A stretch of 64,000 nt of DNA from Mobula hypostoma (Eukaryota), in NCBI RefSeq assembly GCF_963921235.1, contig NC_086097.1, positions 43,154,001 to 43,218,000 of the forward strand, read 5' to 3'. The notes beneath the pieces are model-generated. The model ran no database searches and had not been told where the DNA came from. It worked only from the letters and a program-made list of their open reading frames with translations. Position 1 is the stretch's first letter. The number at the start of each line of letters is the position of its first letter. Positions 1 to 11,189 of the stretch are shown in pieces. Both the position numbers and the translations under genes were made by a program.

Positions 1-2100
1 ATGATGGAGCTAGAGATGTAGCTGCCAACTTGGACTGACTCAGGTTGTTCCATTAAGAAGTCCAAGATCCAGTTACAAGAGGGGCATTGAGTCCCAACAA
101 GGACATTTACCTACTAACCTCTGAGGGATGATTGTGTTAAAGCCAAGCTGAAGTTGAAAGTTGGTGGGACAGGATAGAGTGGAGAGCCAAGGCTGTGGTA
201 TCATTAGAGCAGTGGTTTGAATGGAAGGCAAACTGGAAAGGGTCCAATGTAGCTGGAAGGTGGCATTTCTACGATCCATTAGCAGCTGTTGAAAGCACTT
301 CATGATCATTGAAGTCAGTGCCATTGGATGGTAATTGATTAGGCCATTTACCATTGGTCTCTTGGGCATCAGAAAGATGGTGGCTGCCTTGAAGCCTGCA
401 GGATCAATGGACTGTTTCAGAGGTGTTAAAGATGTCTGTCAAGACCTTTCTTAGCTGTAGCTCTGTCAGCATCCAACCAGGTATGTTGTCTGGCCCCGCA
501 ATTTTGCTTGGGTACACCCTGGCTAGGATCCTCCTCCTCTTGGCTGCAGCCAGAGAGGGTGCCTGAGGGAGAGGGAGAGGACGCTTTCCTCAATGTCACA
601 TCATTCAATGCATCAATCAAATCGTGCATAGAAGACATTCAATCTATCAGAAAGGGAGGTGTTGCTGTCAATACATAGGGTGGCCACAAACACGAGGAAA
701 TCTGTAGCTGCTGGAATTTCAAGCAACACACATAAAAATTGCTGGTGAACACAGCAGGCCAGGCAGCATCTCTAGGAAGAGGTACAGTCGACATTTCGGG
801 CCAAGACCCTTCGTCAGGACTAACTGAAAGAAGAGCTAGTAAGAGATCTGAAAGTGGGAGGGGGAGGGGGAGATCCGAAATGATAGGAGAAGACAGGAGG
901 GGGAGGGATGGAGCCAAGAGCTGGACAGTTGATTGGCAAAAGGGATCTGAGAGGATCATGGGACAGGAGAATGGACTTGTCATCTGTTAAGGTTTGAATA
1001 CCCTGCCACATGTGCTACATGTCCCTCTGTCACAAAAGTGTTTGTGAATTTTCTGTGCATAGTCATACTTTGCCTTCCTGTTGGCATGGGAGAGCACGGC
1101 TCTTGCTGACTTTGGAGATGTCCAGTCCCCCAGTCTGAAGTCAGTGTCCCTAACCGTAAGCAGGGCACTCTGCAGTCATCCACGGTTTCTGGTTTGCCCT
1201 GGCAGTGCAGTGTTTAACCACGGTAAAATCCTCAATACATTTTCCTATGTAGCCAGTCACTGATCCCACATATTCATTGTTGATGTGATGATCATAAATA
1301 GCTACCTCCTTGAATATGATCCAGTCTGAGCTTTCAAAGCACTCCTGCAATGCTGAGGTGGCACCTTCTGGCCAGGTCCTGATCCCCCTCTAAACTGGTC
1401 CTACTTATTTAACCAAGGATTAGCAATATGGATATGTGATCTGAGTATCTGACAGCCTTTTAGGCTCCATTAACACTGATTTAAACCAGGTTTAATATAT
1501 TGCCATCTCTGGTCACAAAGTTGACATGTTGGTAGAACTTTGGCAGGACTGTTTTCAAGTTAGCATGATTGAAGTCACCAGCAACAACGAAGACACCATC
1601 TGGGTGAGTGGCTTCGATGTTGCAGATGGCACTGTAGAACTCCTGCAATGCTCCCCCAGCACTAGCACAGGGAGGGACGTAGACAGCAATAATCACAATT
1701 TCAGTGAACTCCCTTGGTAAATAGAAGGGTATGCACTTCACTATGAAAAAAACTCTATCTGGAGTGAGCAGTGGGCTGTTACTACTGATGTATTCATACT
1801 CCAGTTCTTACTGATGTGGGCACAAAAGCTGTGACCTTCTCCAGCAGTCTTGCCAGAGGTTGCAAAACTTCTGTTCACCCAAAAGGAGATTAGGCCTTCT
1901 AGGTGGATGGCCAAGTCCAGAGTGGTGCCCTGAAATCACATTTCTGTCAGGACAAGTGTACAACAATTTTAATTCCCATTGGCTCGGACAGAGATGAATG
2001 TAATCCAGTTTATTTTCCAGCAATCAGACGTAAGCAAGTAAAATTGATGGGAGCATAGGCCTGCAGGGCTCCGCTTTCAGACTTGCTTTAACACCAGGTG
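1..2100 (-). mobile_element. Degraded Rex1/Babar-type LINE (APE endonuclease plus RT fragments), interrupted by a Penelope-like 3' end at about 686-975
   Basis: Minus-strand ORF 1481-1741 reads CIPFYLPREF...IAVYVPP...VAGDFNHANLKTVLPKFYQHV, an APE domain typical of this clade. RT-like fragments (YHPMALTSMIMKCF) at 73-369. Stops and frameshifts present. Confidence 0.7.
686..975 (-). mobile_element. Penelope-like element 3'/pseudo-LTR fragment with hammerhead-like motif
   Basis: Reverse complement matches the 3' parts of the copies at 3262-4010 and 45671-46343. Carries AGTC-CTGACGA-AGGG..CCC-GAAA-TGTC-GACT at 786-821 (-). Confidence 0.75.
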
Positions 2101-2599
2101 CACTTCCCATGCTTTGATATTCAATCGAACCTCTTCCCCGAGTAACTAGTAGACTGCGGCGCTGAGCAAGAGACTGCTCCCTGCATTAGACAGTAATCTC
2201 ACAACACCTTCATTATTCCACTTGCCAACATGATAGACTTCCAGACTGTGTTCCTAACATTCAGCAGTGTTTTTCCATTATAGAAAAGACAAACAGGACA
2301 AGAAATTTCACCGTTAGAGCCAGAGTGGCTGCTGTATCCATGCGTGCTGCCATTTTTATTTGGTATTGGGCATTAATGATAAACCTAACATTTAGTGAAC
2401 ATCCCGAGATGCCCTTATATTTAGTTGCTTAGTATGCTAGAGGATCTGGTGTTGCAAATGAGTCAGATGGATAAGGATGACATGAGTGACTGCAGATGCT
2501 AACAATCAGGAGCAACACACAAAAAGCTGTAGGAACTCAGCAGGTCAAGCAGCATCTATGGAGGAAAATGAACAGCTGACATCTCAGAACAAAACTCAT

Positions 2600-4180
2600 T
2601 AGGAGACCACAGTCAGTAAGGATCAGAAATAACATCGCCTCCTCACTGATAATCAACACTTGCTCATCTCAAAGATGAATGCTTAGCCCACTACTCTATC
2701 CTCTCTACACCCAGGATTGTGTGGCTAGGCATATCTGAAATAGCATATATAAATTTGCTGATGATATGAATATTGTTGGCAGAATTTCAGATAGTGATGA
2801 GGGGGCATACAAGATTGAGATTAGTTAGTTAAGTGGTGTCGCAACAACAACCTTGCACTCAACATCAGTAAGATCAAGGAACTGATTGTGGACTTCAGGA
2901 AAGGGAAGTTTCCTGGAACCCTTCAGGAAAGGGAACACACATCAGTCCTCATCGAAGGATCAACAGTGGAAAGGGTGAGCTGTTTCAAGTGCCTAGGTGT
3001 CAACATCTCTGGAGATCTATCCTGGGCCCAACATATTGATGCAATTACAAGGCACGACACCAAAGACTTCAGCAAATTTCTACAGATGTACCATTGAGAG
3101 CTTTCTAAGTGTATTACCATCTGGTATGGAGGGGCCACGGCACAAGATCGGAAAAACCTGTAGGAAGCTGCAAACTCAGCAGCTCCACCATGGGCACTAG
3201 CCTCCCCAGCATCTTCAAAAAGGCAGCATCCATCATTACAGACCCCCATCATCCAGGACATTCACCATTCAGGGCCCCAAACAGTCCTTCCAGGTGAGGC
3301 ATCACTTCACCTGTGAGTCGACTGGGGTGATATACTGCGTCCGGTGCTCCCGATGTGGCCTTTTATATATTGGTGAGACCCGACGCAGACTGGGAGACCG
3401 CTTTGCTGAACATCTACGCTCTGTCCGCCAGAGAAAGCAGGATCTCCCAGTGGCCACACATTTTAATTCCACATCCCATTCCCATTCTGACATGTCTATC
3501 CATGGCCTCCTCTACTGTAAAGATGAAGCCACACTCAGGTTGGAGGAACAACACCTTATATTCCGTCTGGGTAGCCTCCAACCTGATGGCATGAACATTG
3601 ACTTCTCTAACTTCCGCTAGGCCCCACCTCCCCCTCGTACCCCAGCTGTTACTCATTTTTATGCACACATTCTTTCTCTCACTCTCCTTTTTCTCCCTCT
3701 GTCCCTCTGAATATACCTCTTGCCCATCCTCTGGGTCACCCCCCCCGTCTTTCTTCCCGGACCTCCTGTCCCATGATCCTCTCGTATCCCCTTTTACCTA
3801 TCACCTGTCCAGCTCTCGGCTCTATCCCTCCCCCTCCTGTCTTCTCCTATCATTTTGCTTCTCCCCCTCCCCCTCCAGCTTTCAAATCCCTTACTCACTC
3901 TTCCTTCAGTTGGTCCTGACGAAGGGTCTCGGCCTGAAACGTCGACTGCGCCTCTTCCTATAGATGCTGCCTGGCCTGCTGCGTTCACCAGCAACTTTGA
4001 TGTGTGTTGCAACGTTTTAGGAACAGCTCCTTTCCTTCTACCATTAGGTTTCTGAATGGACAACATATGTTGCCTATTTTTTTCTTAGTGAAATTTATAG
4101 TTTTTTAAAAATGTATTGCACTGTACTGCTGCTGCAAAATAACAAATTTTACGACATATGCCAGTGATATTAAATCTGAT
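2600..4180 (+). mobile_element. Degraded Rex1/Babar-type LINE 3' part (RT C-terminus and tail), interrupted by a Penelope copy at about 3262-4010
   Basis: KFADD-coding sequence near 2750; GSTVERVSCFKCLGVNISGDLSW peptide (ORF 2888-3097); CTGATT-type tail near 4176. Confidence 0.65.
3262..4010 (+). mobile_element. Penelope-like retroelement 3' part: GIY-YIG endonuclease, pyrimidine-rich tract and hammerhead-like motif
   Basis: ORF 3294-3620 reads FTCESTGVIYCVRCSRCGLLYIGETRRRLGDRFAEH...RLGSLQPDGMN, a Penelope GIY-YIG domain. CTGACGA...GAAACGTC at 3916-3943. Confidence 0.9.
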
Positions 4181-4542
4181 TCTAACCTTCACTGGGACTG
4201 GAAAAAAAATGGCCAGTATAAATAGGTAGGAGAAGGGATGGTGGGTGACAGATGGATCTAGGTGAGAGGGGCATGATGGCCAAATGTGAGAGATGGGGAG
4301 AGTGGAAATGACATAAGAAGGTGAGAGGTGGAGGTGAGAAAGGGCTGAAGAACATGGAATCTGATAGGAGAGGGCAGAAGATTGCAAAATAAAGGGGAGG
4401 TGAGGAGGGAAATGAAAGAATGTGGGTGATGGGCTGATCGAGTGGGTGAGGGTGGGGAAGGAAGACCATAAGAAATAGGAGATTTAAGCCTTTTGACCCA
4501 TCAAGTCTGCTTTGCTATTCTATCATGGCTGATATTTACATG

Positions 4543-6564
4543 GCATTCTGCATAGGTACATTCCAATGAGACAGGGAAAGGATGGTAGGGTACAGGAACC
4601 ATGGTGTACAAAGGCTGTTGTAAATCTGGTCAAGAAGGAAAAAAGAGCTTACAAAAGGTTAAAAAAAACTAGGTAATAATAAGAGATCTAGAAGATTTAT
4701 AAGGCTAGCAGGAAGGAGTTTAAGAAAGAAATTAGGAGAGCCAGAAGGGGCCAGGAGAAGGCCTTGGCAGACAGGACTAAGGAAAACCCTAAGGCATTCA
4801 AGTATGTGAAGAGCGAGAGGATAAGACGTGAGAGAATAGGACCAATCTAGTGTGACAATGGAAAAGTGTGTATTGAACTGGAGAAGATAGCAGAGGTACT
4901 TAATGAGTACTTTGTTTCAGTATTCACTATGGAAAAGGATCTTGGTGATTGTAGGGATGACTTACAGTGGACTGAAAAGCTTGAGCATGTAGATATTAAG
5001 AGGATGTGCTGGTGCTTTTGGAAAGCATCAAGTTGGATAAGTCACCGGAACTGGACGAGATGTACTCCAGGCTACTGTGGGAGGTGAGGGAGGAGATTGC
5101 TGAGACTCTGGCGATAATCTTTGCATCATCAATGGGAGAGTTCCAAGGGATTGGACGGTTGCGGATGCTGTTCCATTGTTCAAGAAAGGGAGTAGAGATA
5201 TCCCAGAGGTAGACCAGTGAGTCTTACTTCAGTGGTTGGTAGGTTGATGGAGAAGATCCTGAGAGGCAGGATTTATGAACATTTGGAGAGGCATAATATG
5301 ATTAGGAATAGTCAGTATGGCTTTGCCAAAGGCAGGTTGTGCCTTATGAGCCTGATTGAATTTTTTGAGGATGTGACTGAACACATTGATGGTAGAGCAG
5401 TAGATGTAGTGTATATGGATTTCAGCAAGGCATTTGATAAGGTATCCCATGCAAGGCTTACTGAAAAAGTAAGGAGGCATGGGATCCAAGGGGACATTGC
5501 TTTGTGGATCCAGAACTGGTTTGTCCACAGAAGGCAAAGAGTGGTTGTAGATGGGTCATATTCTGCTTGCGGGTTGGTCACCAGTGGTATGCCTCAGGGA
5601 TCTGTTTTGGGACCTCTGTTCTTCGTTATTTTTATAAATGACCTGAATGAGGATGTGGAGGGATGGGTTAGCACATTTGCTGATCACACGAAGGTTGGGT
5701 GTGTTGTGGATAGTGTGGAGGACTGTCAGAGGTTACAGTGGGACTTCGATAGGATGCAAAACTGGGCTGAGAAGTGGCAGATGGAGGTCAACCCAGATAA
5801 GTGTGAGGTGGTTCACCTTGGTAGGTCAAATATGATGCAGAGTATAGTATTAATGGTAAGACTCTTGGCAGTGTGGAGGATCAGAGGGATCTTGGGGTCC
5901 GAGTCTATAGGACACTCAAAGCTGCTGTGCAGGTTGACTCTGTGGGTAAGAAGGCATATGGTGCATTGGCCTTCATCAATCGTGGGATTGAGTTTAAGAG
6001 CCAAGAGATAATGTTGCAGATATATAGGACCCTGGTCAGACCCCACTTGGAGTACTGTGCTTAGTTCTGGTCACCTCACTGTAGGAAGGATGTGGAAACC
6101 AGAGATTTACAAGGATTTTGCCTGGATTGGGGAGCATGCCTTATATGAATAGGTTGAGTGAACTCTGCCTTTTCTCTTTGGAGCGACGAAGGATGAGAGG
6201 TGAGCTAGAGGTGTATAAGACGATGAGAGGCATTGATTGCGTGGATAGACAGAGGCTTTTTTCCCAGGCTGAAATGGCTAACATGAGAGGGCACAGTTTT
6301 AAGGTGTTTGGAATTAGGTGCAGAGGAGATGTTAGGGGTAAGTTTTTTACTCAGAGAGTGGCAAGTGCATGGAATGGGCTGCTGGTGACGGTGGTGGAGG
6401 CGGATACGATAGGGTGTTTTAAGAGACTCCTGGATAGGTACATGGAGCTGAGAAGAATAGAAGGCTATGGGTAAACTTAGGTAATTCCTAAAGTAAGTAC
6501 ATGTTCGGCACAGCATTGTGGGCCGAAGGGCCAATATTGTGCTGTAGGTTTTCTATGTTTCTAT
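4543..6564 (+). mobile_element. 5'-truncated CR1 LINE (family A), RT pseudogene
   Basis: YMDFSKAFDKV, GMPQGSVLGP and FFTQRV peptides; 3' tail TTCTATGTTTCTAT; several frameshifts. Confidence 0.92.
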
Positions 6565-7249
6565 CTTCCAATCCTACATCACCTCCGAGGATTTGTTTTC
6601 ATTTTTTTACCCCCTCAGTCTACCTGCCTGTCCTTTTGATATAATGTGTATCCTTGAATTTAACCTCCCAACTACAATCTTTCAGCTATGACTAGGAAAT
6701 GGCCACAACATCATACTTGCTACCTTTATCCGTACATTGCGTGCATTGAAATATAACAATAAGACAAGAGAACAGGAAAGAGATTGTGAACCTTGTGTCA
6801 TGGTACCAGAAGTAACAACCCAGCCCTAACAGCAACAAGATGAAAGATTGGTTGTTGACCTCATAAAGTAGGGGCTGAATGCAACCCTGCCCTCATCAAC
6901 AGAGCTGCAGTAGATAGCTGAAAGCTTCAGGTTCCTTGACATCCATATCTGCAACAACCTCACTCGGTCGCTTCACACTGATGTAATGATCAAGAAAGCA
7001 CATCACCCTATGTACTTTCTTAGGCTTCTCAGAAGCTTTGACATGGATACGAACATTCTCTTGACTTTCTACAGGTATGATGGAGAAGACATTCAGACAG
7101 GTTGAATCTTGGCCTGGTAAGGTAACTGCTCCGCTATTAACCAGTGGAAGCTGCAGAGCGGTAAGCACAGTCATAGGTTTATCAGTTCCTTCCATCCATT
7201 TTACCCTCACTGTGTGTGTGGTTTCGGGAAGGTATAGATGGCAAGCTGC

Positions 7250-7660
7250 CCGTCCTGAGGGAACAGCAGTCTCGGGGGGCGGGTTAATCACATCCCCCCG
7301 GTCAGCAGCTCCCACCTCAGGCCGGCGAGTGATCACGTGGCTGCCAGCGCGTTCGCGATCACGTGACCCCACCGCGGAGCTCGCGCAGGAAAACGCCTTC
7401 GGTTCCGCCGACCGGAAGTTCTCTGCAGGACGGCCTCCGCTGTTTCCGTCGCGTGTGGAGGTTTATAAACAAGCGGCGAAAGTCCGGCCGTAGCCTGGGA
7501 GTCGGCGGCTGGTGCGCAACGAACTGCGGACTCCGGTCACTTCCCCGCAGGTTGCTGCAAGCTGGAGCAGAGCTGACTTCCTTCAGCAGGTGGCTCGTCT
7601 GTTAATTTAAAAATCTGCGGACCAGGGTTGTATTCCGTTGCCTTGCGTCGACACTCTGGT
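7250..7660 (+). promoter_or_regulatory. KLHDC2: CpG island: probable KLHDC2 promoter and non-coding first exon
   Basis: The only clearly non-repeat CpG-dense stretch in the window. GC-box near 7274-7283, CACGTG E-boxes at 7334 and 7360, ETS motif ACCGGAAGT at 7411-7419, candidate donor CAG|GTGGCT at 7589/7590. Confidence 0.65.
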
Positions 7661-8469
7661 GTGGGATCTTTTGGTTAGTGCAATTGAAAAATAATTGTGT
7701 TTTTTAAGTAAAACTATTGTTTCCTCTGCTTTACTGTAATGGAACCACTACAACATCAATCAATTAAAACCCAAAACTAGCTAATTAAGATAATTTTGGT
7801 TCCCCAATTTAATGAAGGATTTATTGTTACTGTCAGCAGTTCAGAGAAGGTTCACAAGGATTATCCTGTAACTGGAGACATTGGCCTTATGAAGAAAGAC
7901 TGATCAGTTGGTCTACTCTTGTTGACATTTAAAGAGAGATGTGATCAATTGACATATTCTTGGGGATTTAGACAAGGCAAATATGTCCTCAAATGTCCAG
8001 AAACAGCGAGTACAATCTCAGTGTAAGGGTGTGCTGATCTAAGACTGAGATGAGGAAGAACTACTTCTCGATGGATTTTGAACTTTTGGAATCACTTGCT
8101 CCATAAAACTGGAATCTGAATTCTTGACTGTATTTGAGCAGTGAGGAAGGTTAGGTGGAAAGTGGAAAGTGGATTTGTGGAATGTTGGCCCAGCTTCGAA
8201 GCAGTTGACGTTTTGGGCAAGCCGCATCAGCAGAACTCCTGAAGTCCTGCTGAAGGGTCTCAGCTGGAAACATCAACTGTACTCTTTTTTTCTATAGATG
8301 CTGCCTGGCCTGCTGAGTTCATCTAGCATTTTGTGTGTTGCCATTCTGTAAAACCATTGGCTTATCTATGTATTAAGCCAATGGCTGTCATTGGTGTATT
8401 TATTTTCCTTATCAAAAATGTCACTTTTGCATTTCAAAATTGAGCTTACTTGGCATTAGTTTTGGTTGT

Positions 8470-8720
8470 GTGGTACATTGGCTTTCAGCTCCAACAACCT
8501 GGGTTCAGTCCTTGTCTCTGGTGGTAGCTGTGTGGAATTTGCTTGTTTTTCCTTTAATGATATGGTTTTCTTTCATGTACTCTGATTTCCTCCGGAATTG
8601 CAAAGATGTGGGTTGATAGATTAATTGGCCATGGTAAATTGCTGCTGGTGTGCAGATGAGTGATGGGTGATGTTGATTAGAATGTGAAAATGATGAAATG
8701 GCACTAATGTAATTGCATCT
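8470..8720 (+). mobile_element. Degraded V-domain (HE1-like) tRNA-derived SINE
   Basis: GGTTCAGTCC box-B-like motif followed by TGTGTGGAATTTGC...TTAATTGGCCATGGTAAATTGC V-domain remnant. Confidence 0.55.
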
Positions 8721-9079
8721 TAATGCTCAGTGTGGATTGAGGGTTCTGTCTCAATGCAACTGAGTTTGGTGTACTTGGATTTTCAGAAAGCTTTTGAAAG
8801 CCTTTTGATAAAGTACTGCATAAAAATATTAGTCCTTAATATTAAACTTGTATTGGGGTAATGAATTGGCATGAAAGCTGCCATAGGAATATGTCTTTTG
8901 AGGGTTGGTGTAATGGACAGGATCTATTAGAGTACTGCAGTGTTCAGTGCTTGGGTCTTGGTCATTGATAATATAATCAGAGATCACGATGATGGATTCA
9001 TTTCAATATATGCTGAATTGTCAGGATGATGCAAAGAGACTCCAAGTTGACTGAAATAGAGTATCTAGTAGGAGAAAAT

Positions 9080-9760
9080 GTAGGAGGTATACATATAGGA
9101 GGGAGATTGAAATCTGGTTGAGTGGTGTCACGACAACAGCCTCACCAAAGAGCTGGATATCAACTACAAGAGGAAGAAGCTGGAGGTCCATGAGCCAGTC
9201 CTCATCAGGGGATCAGAGGTGGAGAGGGTCAGTGGCTTTAAATTCCTTGACATTCACATATTAGAGGATCTGTCCCTGAACCGACATGTAAATGTCATCA
9301 CTAGTAAGGCACAACAGTGCCTCTACTTAGAAGTTTGTGTAGATTCAAAAACTGTCACAAACTTGTATAGATGCACAATGGAGAGTATCTTGACTGATTG
9401 TATCACAGCCTGCTATGGTAACTCCAATGCCCAGGAAAGAAAAACTACAGAAAGTGGTGGCTACTGTCCTGTCTGTCACAGACAAAGCCCTTCCTACACT
9501 GAATATGTAATGGATTGCTACCACAGGAAGACAGCATCCAAAAGACCCGCACCAGCTCTCTTTTTGCCCCCACCATCAGGCAAGAGGTACAGAAGTGTGA
9601 GGGCACATTCAACCAGTTTCAGGAACAGTTATTATCCTACAATCATTAGGCTGCTGAACCATTGTGGATTATTTCACTCACCACAACTCTGACCTGATTC
9701 TACGATCTACAGACCTGCTTTCAAGGACTCTACAACTGGTGTTCTCAGTATTGGTTTTGG
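9080..9760 (+). mobile_element. Degraded Rex1/Babar-type LINE 3' fragment
   Basis: ORF 9219-9692 reads VERVSGFKFL...NLYRCTMESILT...PSGKRYRS...FRNSYYPTIIRLLN. Confidence 0.75.
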
Positions 9761-10117
9761 GAGATAATGTCACAGTAACAGACCTTGCCAGCCCAAAGAG
9801 CCTGCGCCATCCACTTACACCTATGTGACCAATTAACGTACTAACCTGTACGTCTTTGGAATGTGGGAGAAAACAAGCGGTCACAGGGAGACTATACAAA
9901 CTCCCTTGGAGACAGCAGCAGAACTTGAACCCAGATCACTTGCACTGTAAGGTAATATCAGCGAATGTATACAATCTGAAATTCTTACTCTTCACAGACA
10001 CCCACGAGACAGAAGAAAACCCCAAAGAATGAATGACAGGAAAACGTTAGAACCTCAAAGCTCCCCCCTCCAAACTCCCACGCACAAGCAGCAGCAAAGC
10101 ATCGACCCTCCCCCACG

Positions 10118-11182
10118 TGTACGACTTTAATTTTGAAAGGGTACGTAGGTTTAGGGGATATTTGCAAGATGGTTTGAGTGCTTACAAAGAACTGTATGAT
10201 AGAAAAATGTGTGAGGCTCAGCAGTCAAGCAAGCCTTCCACATCAGCCACAGCAGACGACGAACCTCAACCTTCGACATCGAGGCGGGCAGTCATAGGAG
10301 AAGATGAGCTGCCTGTTCTAATGGAAATAGACGACGATGAGATGACACCCCAGTGTCCCACCACCCCAACCCCCGGGCCACGGACAGATATCGATTCGTG
10401 GAGAATGCAGCGGTAGCTGGGAGGCACACAGCACATCTTTAAGAAAAAAGCCGAAATAAACATATTAATTAGGTGCCGCCTGATATGTAAATGTCGGCCC
10501 AGATCAGAGGCGATGCAATCGGCACTGATCTGGGCCGACAATTACGTGTCGGGTGGCACATAATTAATTAGCATGTTTATTTTGGCTTTTTTCCTAAAGA
10601 TGTGCTGTGTGCCTCCCGGCTACCGCTGGACCCCTGTATGCTTCGCGGCAATGTATCGGTTGGTGGCCTGGAGGGTGAGGGCCACTACACCACCCCAGCC
10701 TGCGACGACTCAGTCTTAACACACCATCATCGGTGTGCTCAGCGCTGTCTTCCCAATTCTGGTAAGTGATACTACACTGTACATACATTATTTCTACTTT
10801 ATATAGGCTGTGTATTTTTACGTGTTATTTGGTATGATTTGGCAGCTTCATAGCTTAAAGGTTATTGGAGAGAGTGTTTTTGCCAACAGCGTTTGCGTGA
10901 GATTTTTGCTTCGGAGAACAGTGCCGGCAATGATTGTGGAAAAGTATTTCTACTTTATATAGGCTGTGTATTTATCATATCATTCCTGCTTTTACTATAT
11001 GTTACTGTTATTTTAGGTTTTATGTGTTATTTGGCATGATTTGGTAGGTTACTTTTGGGTCTGCGAACGGTCACAAAGTTTTCCCATATAAATAAATGGT
11101 AATTGCTTCTTCGCTTTAGGACATTCCGTCTTACGAACCGTTTCATAGGAACGGTCTACCTTCAGATGGCAGGGGAAACCTG
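10118..11182 (+). mobile_element. Truncated Tigger/pogo-like DNA transposon, inverted relative to the copy at 11795-13336
   Basis: Reverse-complement match to 11795-12820. Ends ...GGGGAAACCTG followed by TA. Peptide (ORF 10117-10416) is nearly identical to ORF 12523-12987. Confidence 0.85.
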
Positions 11183-11189
11183 TACAGGT

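Noticed and set aside
3598..4469. Pro/Ser/Leu-rich ORFs, also at 639-1011 and 45958-46412
   Set aside because: Translations of pyrimidine/purine-rich Penelope pseudo-LTR sequence.
1..7200. Expected upstream neighbour KLHDC1 exons
   Set aside because: No kelch-coding exon found; the region is almost entirely repeats.
6896..7605. 138-158-aa ORFs over the CpG island
   Set aside because: Open because GC-rich sequence lacks stops, and partly LINE-derived; no recognisable domain.
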